From Octopus vulgaris (lineage: Eukaryota), in NCBI GenBank assembly GCA_951406725.2, contig OX597814.1, positions 216,628,001-216,692,000 of the forward strand: a stretch of 64,000 bases of DNA, in the 5' to 3' direction. Both the position numbers and the translations under genes were made by a program. The notes beneath the pieces are model-generated. The model did not search any database. It was not told where the DNA came from and worked only from the letters and a program-made list of their open reading frames with translations. Positions 45,010-58,605 of the stretch are shown one piece after another (positions within the stretch are counted from its first letter, which is position 1; every line of letters starts with the position of its first letter).

Positions 45010-45050
45010 TAAACCTGATGACTGCGTAACGCATGAAAGGACTAGTTTTA
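45010..45050 (+). ncRNA. Minimal hammerhead ribozyme motif
   Basis: AAAC-CTGATGA-cTGCGtaaCGCAt-GAAA-GGAC-TA-GTTT. Confidence 0.6.
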
Positions 45051-45182
45051 TTACGATAAATATATAATATTCTCAAGTAAAGTTGATATTCTATTATTAT
45101 AAGATTGTAAAATTGTGAAAATTGTAAATATTGACACGTGAATATCGGACTGGGTTGTAATTTCATTGATTAATATATATAC

Positions 45183-45262
<80 letters not shown>

Positions 45263-45374
45263 GTACACTGGCGAAAGAGTTTATAGTTTCATGCTTTTTG
45301 TTACTTCAACAAGCCTATTTATAAAATATGATGTGTATCTTTCAGGATCTTTTTAAGCGTTATAAGAAAGCGCC

Positions 45375-45740
45375 TATTTTAGTGTTTAGTGTATTCCGCT
45401 CGGAATCGAAGGGTTACGAGTTCGATTGCCGGTGGCGTGTTGTATCCTTGAGCAAGACAATTTATTTCACGTTCCTCCAGTCAACTCAGCTTCCAAAAAT
45501 GAGTATTACCTGCATTTCCAGGTGGCGAGCTGGCTGAATTGTTCGTATGCTACGGAGAACACCAAACGGTATTTTATCTGTCTTCATGTTCTGAGTTCAA
45601 ATTCCACCGAGGTTGACTTTACCTTTCATCCTTTCGAGGTCGATAAATTAAGTACCAGTGAAACTCCGGGGTCGATGTAATCGACTTAATACCCCTCACC
45701 ACAAAATCCAGGCCTTGTGCCCATAGTAAAAAAGGATCTG
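45375..45740 (+). mobile_element. Two adjacent SINEs
   Basis: GAGTTCGATT B box plus CCTTGAGCAAGAC core; second copy with CTGAGTTCAAATTCC..GTCGATAAATTAAGTACC. Confidence 0.75.
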
Positions 45741-46324
45741 TTTAAGCGTTAAATATATTTAAAAAGTCAAGGAAATTAAGAAAAAAATAATGTGGAGAGG
45801 GAGAGGGAGAGGATATTAGTTTTCTTGATTATTTGTCTTTCGTTTGTTCTTTCTTCAAGTTTTTTTGCTGTGTTTTATCTTATTTTCTTACCGTCCAGCA
45901 TTCTTGCTTCTCAAAATATATTTAACGCATAAACAGAGGCTGAAAGGTTACTTTCTAATAAATGACACATTTTGTAAATATGCCTGGTCAAGTATGATAA
46001 AATCTTGGAACTACTAGTAGCTCTTTCGGTTGTGTATTTAAATGGATATTTATCTCTCACTTGATGAGGGACTTTTTCTGCTGATTCTACCTCTGTTGGA
46101 TCTGTAAGCTATATACATATTTATATACTCTTCTTTTCTTTTACTTATTTCAGACCTTTGACTGCGGCCATTCTGGAGCACAACTTTAAAGGGTTTGGGG
46201 CGTATGTTTTAAAGTCTACTATTTATTCTATCGGCGTTATTTGCCGAAACGCTAAGCTACACACAAACACTGGTTGGCAAGTGGTGTTAGGGAAACAATC
46301 ACTGACATAAAGAGACCCCTAAAC

Positions 46325-46392
<68 letters not shown>

Positions 46393-46396
<4 letters not shown>

Positions 46397-46475
46397 GCCA
46401 GAAAGCGGATACGGCCACGCGAACCCGTATCCCTAAGATACCGGCTGAGTGCTCTACCATTAAGGTAAGCGGCCC
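46393..46475 (-). mobile_element. tRNA-like SINE head or tRNA pseudogene (related + copy at ~41115-41175)
   Basis: Reverse complement GGGCCGCTTACCTTAATGGTAGAGCACTCAGCCGGTATCTTAGGGATACGGGTTCGCG; acceptor stem does not close. Confidence 0.6.
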
Positions 46476-47691
46476 ATCCCTATATATTACAAAGTAAATA
46501 AGAATGTGAAGCTTGAATTAAAAGAAATTTCGATAACTAGTAATTCTAACCCGATTCATTCTTTTGAATTATCATATCGTACGACCCCACCCACCCAAAA
46601 AAACGATAGATGTTAAGATACTTTTTTACCTTCCCTTTTGGGAGTTCTGGATGCTAAAGTTTGCTGGAATGGTTTTGATGCCAGAAAGTAAGAAACAAAG
46701 GGGAAGGGTTATGACGGCTACTATAGATTTTTTCAATAGAGGATTGTATATAGTGTGTAGTGAACCTGTTTACTGTATGAAGTGGCTCCTACATATATAT
46801 ATTGGTGCATGGACTATTGGTTCGGTGTGTTGTGTCTACGAGAAAGACACTTCCAGTGCACTCATCTGAAAAAAAGTACCACCAACAACCGAGGGTTAAA
46901 CTTGCGACAGACTGGCATCTCGTTCGGTGGGGTGTCTTGTATCGTTGTGTGTTGAAATACATTGGATACCGAGATATTCTGGGGCCTAATGAGCCTGTAC
47001 ATCAGGCAGAGAATTTAACTTAGAAAATACATCAATGTAGACATACAGACATGCGCAGTCAAGTGTTTGTGTTATGTTTATCGAATGAATGTAGACATGA
47101 ATGTGAAAAACTAGAAATACTCAGTTCTTTGATTGGAATTAGCTGTTTGTGAAATGTTAATTACTGGATTAAGTTCATTGTTGGATTAATGACAGTTGCA
47201 AGACCTGATAAAGCTAATTAGATAAATGATTATAAAACTAATCAGCAAAACTTTTTAGTGAAATGTTTAAAATAACTGATAAAATCAGTCTCTCCAGGCG
47301 GTATTTGAACTCAGACTGCAGTATTACAGTATTTCATCTAAAACAAAAACGAAAGTAGCAACACGTCATATTTAACCCTTTATTTAAAAAATTTAAAGCT
47401 TACATTGATAACATTAAATTGGCAATAAGAAAAAAATATTAATATACTTTCAAACCAATCAACATTTTCTATTTTCCTCTGTTTCAAGCAATAGTGGGGC
47501 CCTGAAACTTGTTTAGATTACATTTATTGAGGATTATACAGTCTCTCGGTTGAAAGGTGTTGTATAAGAAGGTACAGATATAGTTTCTTTACCAGGAAAT
47601 ATATGTAATATTATATATATGAAAAAGATATTATTTTAACATGTAAAATATTATCAAACATGACTCTTGGAGGCTCTTTTTCGATCTTTAC

Positions 47692-47744
47692 TTATAAGTT
47701 TGTTTCTGTTGCTTTGTCCATTATTTCATTAACAGAACTTGAAC
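47692..47744 (-). CDS. Terminal exon of - strand adhesion GPCR (..SSSVNEIMDKATETNL*)
   Basis: tttccag| acceptor; phase 1 matches the donor of the 7TM exon. Confidence 0.8.
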
Positions 47745-48285
47745 CTGGAAACGCAATGAGAAAACTATATAAGATATTATATAGCTAAATTTGTCTATAT
47801 CGTTAAACGTGTCTATAACGGATGGCTTTTAGTTCTTTTGCATTAATTCTGTCGCTTATCTTATTCTGGCGTTCATATCTTCTAGAATTCTTTTGCTCCC
47901 TATTCCTAATTCAATATTTGCAACGTTGAAATGTCTGTATTTCGGACCTGCAACTTTTGTTGCAAATTCACGTGAATTGTCGTCGATAATGTTATATGTA
48001 TATGTTGGATTAGATTTAGATACATTTTAGTTATGTCGTTCTGGAAAAGCTTTTAGGTGATACCTTTGTATATTACCCAAAGATTTCGCTACCAAAATAT
48101 ATAAGATGCTTTTTTGCCATTCGTACTGATTAAGTGTATGAATGTAGTTTGCAGTAACATCAAATTTCCAATGGCTGAGAATTAACATCACACTTTAAAA
48201 CTCGGAGTTCCTACGAATTTGAACGAAAATACTTTGACTCATACAGATATGAGAATATATAACTAGAAACATATATATGCATCAT

Positions 48286-48362
<77 letters not shown>

Positions 48363-48416
48363 GTATGTATATATATATATATATATGTATGTATATATAT
48401 ATGTATATATATATAT

Positions 48417-48459
<43 letters not shown>

Positions 48460-48631
48460 GTATATATATATATATGTAAATATATATATATGTATATATA
48501 TATAGGTATAATTATATATATATATACAAACACACACAAACAGTATATATATATGTATATATATATACTGTATGTGTGTGTTTGTATATATATATATATA
48601 TATAATTATACCTACTTCTTTCTCCCTTTCT

Positions 48632-48677
<46 letters not shown>

Positions 48678-49164
48678 GTATATTCATCCATACGCACACA
48701 TAATTATCCGCACTTTCACCAAAACTCTCCTCATTTGGCTGCACTCCCTTGTGATCCCATGTGCTAAAAATGTGGTTCTCTTGTAGTTACGTAACCGAGA
48801 GTTGACTGTGATCGCTCCAGTTTTCTTTCTGGCTGAGTGCACCAAAGAAGAACAGTGATCAGTGATTAAATTTGTCTAGTCTGAAGGTGTGACAGGGGCT
48901 GAAATCCGTTGCAGGCTTTCATCACATTACTTGTCTCTGTCGCGCAGAAGTGTGAATGAGTGGATTGTGAAGTTTAAAAATGTGTGAAAAACAGTTTGAC
49001 ATATTGCCATTTTAAATAAATCAAAGTACATCCAAATTTCTTCATTTGTCCACTCACCCGTATATGTATGTATATATGTATATACTTATGTATGTATGTA
49101 TGTATGTATGTATGTATGTATGTATATATCTATATATATATATATATATATATATGTCTGTCTG

Positions 49165-49199
<35 letters not shown>

Positions 49200-49273
49200 C
49201 TCTATCTATCTATCTAGCTATCTATATGACTGTTTGTCTGTCTCTCTATCTATCTATCTATCTATCTATCTCA

Positions 49274-49393
<120 letters not shown>

Positions 49394-49398
49394 CTGTC

Positions 49399-52300
49399 TA
49401 TGGATGTGTTGTCTCATCGACTCCGAAGGTAATTCTTTATTTTGACTATTTATAGCCCAATTTTTCTGTACATTTTTGTGAATAAGTTGTGTAAGGCACC
49501 CAACTTTCATTTGAGTGCTTTTCCAAGGGAGGAATTCGCCCCTAGGGGCAGTTTCGACCCCATTTCATTTCTGTAATTTTATTCTCGACATTAGAAAATG
49601 TCTAGAAATTTTATCGTGGAACAATGGTCGCGTTCCTCTATCGACCAAATTTCTCCTAGACTGGAAACGCTAGGAGAAAAAAAAGAATTTTGCGTGCGAC
49701 GTAAAATTATGAATGAATGTGCATTGAACGCTACTACTACGTGTAGTAACAGCATTGTCACCAACACCGCCACTAGCAAGAACAACATAGACACTTCTAC
49801 TGTTGCCACCACCGCCTTCACCACCACCACCACCGCCGCCGCCACCTCATCCACTACCTCAACTACCAACAGCAACAACAATAACAATGACAGCAAAAAT
49901 AAAAATTGCGCCACCGTTTCGACATCTGCTGCCTCGGCTGCCTCTTCTGCCACTGACACCACCACCAACAACAAAAACAACAATAACAACAACAACAATT
50001 CCGTTCAGACCTGTTTCACTCCAACAACAAGAACTGAAGTGAATAAACAAAAATCTGTAGCTACCAAACAAATTGACAAAAGCTGCTTGAGTACAGGAAT
50101 AAATTACGAAAATAATTTTCCACCCCTTCCTACTTGCACAATCGAACCAAACACACCAATTTTACAAACTGCAGCCAACAACAACATCACCACAAGCAAC
50201 AACAATAACAAAACAACAACAAATTTCGCTGAGGCGATTAAAGAAAAAAAAAAACAATATATTTTACGGCTCAACAAATACAGGACACGAACATTAAAAT
50301 AACAGAATCAGATGGTATAGTGAAGATAAACATACCAGAAGACATTTTGGAAGATGAAAAAAGACGAACAATCATTTATAAAATAGTTAACAAAAAAACA
50401 AAAAGCCCAGAGAAGGCTAACACAAGCAAAATAGAGAAGTGCTTGAAACCCATCTGGAATCACAAAGAATATGTAACCTGGTGGAACAAATTTGCCCACA
50501 TACAAGTTGTTTTCTACACCGAAGAGTTAGCTAGACGTTTCTCAACGCTAACTCTTCACTCAGATGAACTCCAACTTACACCAAGCTATCGGGGACAGAA
50601 AGTGACTAAGATCACTTTAAACAATGTCCCCAAAATAGCCAATAATCTATGGCTTGTAAAGGCCTTATGCGTAAAAATGACGAATTTTACTATTTTGGAA
50701 ACCACGGTCACAGAGCATAAAAACTGGGTGGGAAAAAAAGTAGAATTTCTTCTACATATACATCATGAAGATATAAAAAAAATACCCACCCAGATATGTG
50801 TATCAGACGACCACAAGTTATATGTGGTCGTCGATGGCAGAAGACCACGTTGCTACATATGCGGCAGTGAGCAACACCTAAAAAAAGACTGCAAATCTGC
50901 CGCAAGAAAACAACAGCAACAACAACAGCAGCCGGAAACAAAAACAAATAAACAAGGTTTACTACCCACACCACTTTTTGCAGGAACAAACCTCACCAAA
51001 CAAACAACCACACCAACTGCAGCACCAAGAACAGAAGCAGCATCACCAACAACAACAACCAAGAATATACCAACTCCCAAACCAAGGACATCTGCCAAAA
51101 AGACACCCAGCAAAAATGAAGAAACAATTACAACTCCAAATCCCCACAAAATTGAGACCCCAAACAACACAACAATACCTACAATCACTCAAACACAAAA
51201 TACCCAAACCCCACCTCCAAAACCGCATACACCACAACCAAACGCTCACCAACCAACACCAACAACAAAATCAACACAGTCGACAATAGACCCCAATATT
51301 TTCCCTCTTCCAGGCTCCGATTCGTCTGATTTGTCATTAGACGAAGAAGACACGGAAGATTGGCAAATAGCCACAGGGGGAGAAGAAAAAGGGGAAAAAA
51401 AGAAAAGAAAAAATAACAAACAAAGCGGGAAGATACACCACTCCCGAAACAAAAACATCCACAGAAAACACACACATCAACACAAACACACCATCATCAA
51501 ACCCCCAACAATGTTGACAGCCATAAACACAAACAACCACGACCTAATGGAACACATTAGGTCAAACACTAACATTACTGAAAACGACATAAAAACAAGT
51601 AACCACCCACACACAACACCACCACAACACATTAAAATAATACACGTGACACAGAACACATACAGCACCCTGAAATCTCTTTACCCTGATGCAGTAGGGA
51701 GATTTCAAAAGTACTCATCGAAAAAACTGTACAAAAGCCTCATAGAAGAAGACCGTGAGGTGAAAGACAAAGAACTTTCGAAAAACAAGTAACCTTTTCT
51801 CTCTCTCTTTCCTTTTTTGCACTTTTATCGGAACATGCTCAGAATAGGTAGTATAAATGTACGTGGCTTGGGTTCGCCTTGGAAACAAGGCTACCTGTTA
51901 AATGACATCAAGTCACTAAATCTGAATATCATAGCCATCAGTGAGACCAGACTCCACAGCTTGCGGGCACTCCAGCACATTTTCGGTACACATTTCAACA
52001 TTTATTTTTCTCCGTGTCTACCGAGAATGGGCGGAGGTGGCACCGCGGTGCTTATCCGGAAGAGTCTGGATCTCAAAGTAAGAGCAAATTTCCTAGACCC
52101 GGAGGGTAGGTTGGTCGTTTTGGATGTCGATGGCAGCAATGAGTGTGCTTTTCGACTGATAGCAGTTTATGCTCCGTCCTTAACAGGCCGACCAGATTTC
52201 TTTCGACGTCTAGAGACTTTCATGGGAACGTCTCGTCCTTTACTTTTAGTGGGGGATTGGAATGCCACCCTGGACACGCATCTAGACTACGTGAGCAGAG

Positions 52301-55300
52301 ATAGCAATAGAAGGGGATGCAAATGCCTCAAAGACCTGCTCAGACGTTTCCAACTGTCTGACAGGTACCGACTGGGCCACCCGAATGTGCCAATGTGGAC
52401 ATGGAGTAACCGCATCGGGTCATCCAGATCATACTTAGATTGAGTATTCTGTAGGACAATAGATAAAAATAGTGTAGGTTGTCCACAATTTCATATAGTC
52501 AGTTACACAGATTACAAGTTTGTGACTTGTACACTTGACTTAGATAAAACACATAGGCAGGGTCCTGGTTACTGGAAACTGAACGCGTCTTTTACAGCAC
52601 GACAGGTTTACAGGGACCGGATCAGCACATTAGTTAAGAGAGCTTTGACGGGTACCATCATCAACAACAGATGGTGGTATGCCCTAAAAAAAGCGATTAA
52701 AGCAGAATCAGTCAGATACAGTAGAGCCCTAGCATTAGACCGAAATAGAATAGAGGGAGAATTAGTTAAGGTTTTAGAAGAGGCACTTAGAACTGGCATC
52801 GCGTCCAACGTGCTGGCGGCGAGATTGGCCCTCGACCAACACCTCAACGCCAAACACGAGGGATGCGTTGTCAGAGCTAGGATGCGTGCTCTGAGGAACG
52901 AAGGAGTTGGAGCCGCCCAAGAGGCCCGAGTGGTGGAGACGCAACGAGGCAACAGAGCCACCATCAAGTCTCTTATAGATGAACAGGGGCGCGAATTGCT
53001 CGAGCCTAAAAGGATGTGTGGGGTTTTCAACAACACTTCACCCAACTGTTTGGGACAAGTGGTGAGTCAGAAAGCAGAGTGGACTTTAGTGCCTATCTGC
53101 ATGCCTTGCCACGACTCTCAGCAAGGGAGGTGGAGTCTTGTGAAAGGCCTATCACAGCTGCGGACGTACAGGATGCGATGGTAGGCTGCGCGAGAGACAA
53201 GTCACCAGGCTTGGATGGTCTGCCCTACGAACTTTATTTTCATATGCCAGACTTGTTTGGAGGCGTCTTGGCAGCTGTCTACTGCAACTGGCAGCAGAAC
53301 GGGAGTATTCCTGCTTTTGTAAAGCGAGGAGCAGTGGCACTGATTAAGAAAGACCCAAACAAGGGGGACGTCATAGATAATTTCAGGCCCATCACTCTGC
53401 TCAACGCAGATTTGAAAATTTGGGCCAAGGTGTTAGCCGAGAGGTTGGCGCTTGTCATCAAGAAACTAATCGACAAGGCGCAAACATGCGCCGTGCCGGG
53501 TAGAAGTATTCATGATAACCTCCATCTGATGCGCTACATCATAGACAGGGTAGTTAAAAATCCTGGCATGGGTGGGGCGCTGATCAATTTGGATCAATCA
53601 AAAGCCTTCGATAGGGTAGACCATCACTACTTGGAGGCTGTCCTTAAAGCGGCTGGTTTCGGTCCAGTTTTCCGCGGTTGGATCGCTGCCTTATACAGCG
53701 GCATCCGCTCAGTAGTTCGCGTAAATGGTCATCTATCCAGACCTTTTAACATCATGCGTTCGGTTCGTCAGGGATGCCCCCTCTCATCGCTGCTGTATGT
53801 ACTGACTCTTGAGCCACTACTGCGGAAACTGGCGACGCTGAGGGGCATCCCACGAGAGCTGGGATGCGGGAAGAGCGTGTCTGCATACGCGGATGACGTC
53901 ACCGTCATAGTGTCGAGCTACGAGCACATCGAGCTGGTCGGCGAGACACTAAAAGAATACGAAGCGGTAACGGGAGCAAAAATTAACCGGGAAAAGTCAG
54001 TGGGCTTGCGGCTCGGCACCTGGAGAAGCAAGCCCATGCCGTCCAACAGCGTCTCCATCGTGGGACGCTGGACGGACGGACCGGTTAAATTGCTCGGGGT
54101 CTGGTTCGGTCCGGACCTCCAAATGGAGAAGAACTGGGGCGAGATAACGACTAGGGTGGCTACTCTCACCCAGAAATGGGCTGAGAGAAAGCTATCCCTA
54201 AAAGGTCGGGCGGAGGTGGCGAACGCGTACATCGCATCCGTCATCGAGTATCGTCTGACCGTCGTGCCTTGTCCCGACCCTACCATCACCAAACTGGAAC
54301 GTATACTCTTTCGCTTCTTGTGGAAGGGAAACGTTCCGATGGTTAGGCGATCCATTTGCTGCCAACACCCGCTAAATGGAGGGCTGGGCATGCCGTGGTT
54401 GATGATGCGCAGACATGCGCTGAGACTGCGACATCTCCGGCGCTTCATAGACAACGGTGAACAGGTGTGGTCGCCTTTTGTGCGGCGCGCTTTCCCGCAG
54501 CTCGTCTCCTTGGACGAACTACAGTCATGGAATCAAGCAGAGACCGAGGCTAGGCGAATGGCACCGTGAGTGTCGCGTTGCTCTCAAGCAACTCTGCCGT
54601 CCGGGATCGAACTTGTGCGACTCCATCACAACAAAGGCATTCTATAGAGGATTAGTGGAGGGGAGGTGCGACGACGAACTCGGGCAGAGTCTGGGCGTCG
54701 ACGAGGAACACCTGACCCGCCTGTTCAGGACAACTTTCGGGCCGGGACCTATGAACAATCACCAAAGATCCCTGGCCTGGCAGTGCTATCGAGAAGCATT
54801 ACCTGTTCGGGATAAGCTCTACAGACACGGTTCCAGACACACTGGACCGACTTGCCCGAGATGCGGTCAGAGCGACGAAACCGTTCTGCACGCACTCGTG
54901 CAATGTCCAACCATTTCCGACCTGTGGGCTTATGCCGAACGGCTGCTGTCACGTGTGGGACGAATCCGCCTATCGGCCGAGTCTATCCTGAGAATTGCTC
55001 CGCCCCCTTCCCTCAACCGGGAAGGCAAGGCAGTTTTCATCGTACTGGTGGCCATGGTGAAAGAATGTGTGTGGTGGACTCGAGCGAAAGGATTAGAGAC
55101 AAACACTTACCTCTCTGGCCAATCGCTCATCAACTTTTTCAAATACCACTTGAAAAGGAAGGTGAGAATGGAGAGGGAAGTTTTGTCTCGCGAAAGATTC
55201 AAAAAAAGATGGGTGAATGTTGCAAAGATGGTGCGTGCTAGTAACGAAACCATTTTGAGCATGATCCTGTAGATCGTAAAAAAGAAAGAAAGAGAGCATT

Positions 55301-55564
55301 TTGATCTCATGTGGTTATTTCCTCCCTGACTGGGATTCCCGTGGTCTTTTCTGTAGGCTTTTCTTCTCACGGATGAACCCAACTTTGTTATATCAATGTT
55401 TATATCATTATTTCTGTGATACACGATTTCCTTTTTTTTTCCTCCTCTCGATCCCTTTTGATCGCAATCTTACATTTATTTTCTTTTTTTCCACCCTCGA
55501 AAAGAAAAGCTCTGCATTTGTATTTGTCCCCTCTGTATTCAGCCCTGTGTGGCTAATAAAAGAA

Positions 55565-55565
<1 letters not shown>
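49399..55565 (+). mobile_element. Near full-length Tx1/L1-clade LINE in a (TATC)n array; ORF1 with CCHC knuckle, ORF2 APE-RT-zinc finger, disrupted
   Basis: CYICGSEQHLKKDC; GDWN; KSPGLDG, LDQSKAFD, VRQGCPLS, YADD; CPRCGQSDETVLHALVQC; stop at 52441, frameshifts ~50250, ~53025, ~54530; AATAAA at 3' end. Confidence 0.95.
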
Positions 55566-55640
<75 letters not shown>

Positions 55641-55651
55641 GTTTGTCTGTA

Positions 55652-55712
<61 letters not shown>

Positions 55713-55713
55713 G

Positions 55714-55906
<193 letters not shown>

Positions 55907-55980
55907 GTTTGTCTGTCTATCTATCTCTGTCTCTATCTACCTATTATGAATGAATGAAAAAAAAAGACAATCGCACTTAC

Positions 55981-56369
55981 TTCTGCCGGCGGTAATTTTC
56001 CACTGATTCATTCTCTTACTTTCATTTACAAACCCCCTGAAGACATCTCTGGTATCTTTCTTGTATATACAATAGAATACGAAGATAAACATTCCTTGAA
56101 GTGTATTGAATATAGTAAAAAGATACTCAAACACTTTTGCTGCTTCGCTAACAGCGAAGAATGCAAAGACCCATGTGAGTCCAAACAAAAACAGCAAACC
56201 AACCAGGCCCAAAACACGTACCTTACTTCTTTTCTGCTCAGATCCCTTATTACTTTGCATCATTATAAGGTGCCAGATAACGAGAGAAGGTATTATAATG
56301 TTGAAGATGAGACTGATCGCAACAGGAGCCAGGAAAGCAGCATAGAAAGGTGGTGCGGACAACCAACAG
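55981..56369 (-). CDS. Adhesion (family B2) GPCR exon, TM5-TM7
   Basis: CWLSAPPFYAAFLAPV...LFGLTWVFAFF...YLFTIFNTLQGMFIFVFYC; tgtag| ... |gtaagt; 389 nt, phase 2->1. Confidence 0.93.
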
Positions 56370-56389
56370 CTACAAAGAAAATAGAAAGG

Positions 56390-57205
56390 CAATGAAAGGT
56401 ATTCAGTGGACACTGATGAACAAGTAGGAGGACTTGGACTACGTAGATGATCTCGCACTACTGTCACATCGCCTGCAAGACATGCAAGATAAGGTAGACC
56501 ACCTGACAGAAACTTCACGGTGAGTGAGCTTGAGGATCAGCCGGGAAAAGACAAAAGTGCTGCGTATCAACAACAAGCAAGAAGAACCAATCACAATCGA
56601 GGGGGAACCTTGGAGGACGTTAGTGAGTTTGTCAATTTTGGCAGCAAGGTCAGCAAATCAGGTGGATCAGACGAGGACATCACGGCAAGAAAGTTTGGCA
56701 AGCCTTCGCTATTCTTCGGCCGGTATGGAAGTCCACTACCATCTCAACTCGAACTAAACTCTGTTTATTTAGTCAAAACGTAAAATCTGTGCTTTTGTAT
56801 GGTTCTGAAACAGGGAGAGCCACCTGCAGCAACTACAAGAAGATCCAGACCTTCATCCACAAATGTCTCCGTCAGATCCTTCATCTGAGTGTCAAACATC
56901 GACCTGTGGGAAAGGGCCAACCAGGAGCCCATACATGTTCAGATTAGACGAATGAAATGGAGATGGATCGGACACACACTGCAGAAAGAACTCTCAAATG
57001 TGACACGACAAGCACTTGACTGGAACCCGCAGGGGAAACATGAAGCGAGGATGCCCGAAGCAGACATGGAAGCGGAGCATTTTGGACGAGCTCAGGACCA
57101 CCGGCCTGACATGGGAAGCAGCCAAGAAACACGCCAATGACCGCAAAAAGTGGAAAACAACTGTTGAGGCCCTATGCTCCATTTGGGGCAAAAGGGATTA
57201 AGAAG
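56390..57205 (+). mobile_element. 5'-truncated RTE-clade LINE
   Basis: GIQWT..DLDYVDDLALLS..KTKVLRIN; LLYGSET; KWRWIGHTL..QALDWNPQG; PKQTWKRS. Confidence 0.9.
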
Positions 57206-58497
57206 TACATTTGAGGAACGTATTTAGCAATGAAGACCGTCATATTAGATTCGCCTGGCAGGTAATGGCACTAGTGCGCCAACTAATTCCATATCAATGC
57301 GCTAGTCCTTAGGCTGGCGGAAGCTCTTCACAATTTGTCCAATAAAATCAATGATTACTGTTTTCCTCGTCATATTGTAGTCAATTTATTCATTTAACTT
57401 TCGTTGAATCGCGTTAATGTTTCTTCATAATTCTTGAATGGTTAGACGCAAGCAGAGCCAGTGGGATGCATCCGGACAGTGGGAATACGGCAAATATCTA
57501 TTGTGATGGCAGTGAACACTTTCCTTGCCTGTCGCGTCTTTGAAAAACTTCTACCTCATGTAGGTCAGTGTTGATAACTATTCAACTTCTCGCCTTTGAC
57601 TCTGTCCTTCACATTAGCGATGATAAAAGGAAGGGTTCGTGGTTTCTTTAACGAAGCAACTGTTGGAGGGGATACTGCTTGTTTCAAGAACAAATCTAAT
57701 GTTAGCATAAATAGAAAAATAATAATTAGTTATTAATGCAATTTGTCCTGTATTCTAAAGGTGAAGAATATTCGATGTTTTGTTCGTATTTTTGTCTGTT
57801 GCTTTCATCGGTAAATATTTGTTCTTATTAAATTGAGGGGAAACGCAAATGAGATCATTGATATTCATGAGTCTCAGAACAAAAGCATTAACAATGATAT
57901 TGAAGTAAGTTTACTACCAGCAACCAAAGTCCTGGCTTGATGCTAGCTGACCTACTATTCTACAATACTAAAGGAGTTATAGCGGTTATTAAGCTACATT
58001 CAGCTTTCTCTTAGCTTATATTATTATAGTATAAACTCTATTTAGTTTTGTTACAGTAATGCAATGCTATTTATTGTTTTCTATTGGGAAATAAATTATT
58101 TTATTTGGCTTTTTTGAGTAAGGGTGAATATAATGACTGAACGTCACTTATAACTTAAGTGTTATCATTATGCACAAATCTGAACTACAGTATATAACGC
58201 CATAGAGAAATATACGCATGAAACGCTATGAATATTAACGACATGTATGTATAATATTTTCTTCGTGTGCATGTAACTGCTATAAGAAAATATAATTTAA
58301 TGATTACAGAAATGCATATTTATTTATACTCAGTTGAAAAAAACGTGAAGAGAAACATTTTCTTAATTGGTTTTATTATATAAATATAGCATTCGCGCCG
58401 TATTTCAAAATAGCTAAAATGGCTACTTGCTATAGAGCAATAATATTAGTTGTGAAGAGCAGAGGAAATGAGGTGAACGAAAAAGAGAAATACTTAC

Positions 58498-58570
58498 ACC
58501 TCAGCGATTTTGATGTAATTGTCTGTGGAGTTAATTGCCAGGGTAATTATAACGATGACTGCTGGAAGAC
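58498..58570 (-). CDS. Adhesion GPCR exon, TM4/ECL2
   Basis: tatcag|GLPAVIVIITLAINSTDNYIKIAEV|gtaagt; 73 nt, phase 1->2, joins the CWL exon. Confidence 0.87.
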
Positions 58571-58605
58571 CTGATAACGACATTTACAGAAATGAATACA
58601 AATCG

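Noticed and set aside
52441-52443. In-frame TGA in Tx1 ORF2 as selenocysteine or readthrough
   Set aside because: The position corresponds to the conserved Arg of the LDR motif (likely CGA>TGA decay), and the element has other frameshifts
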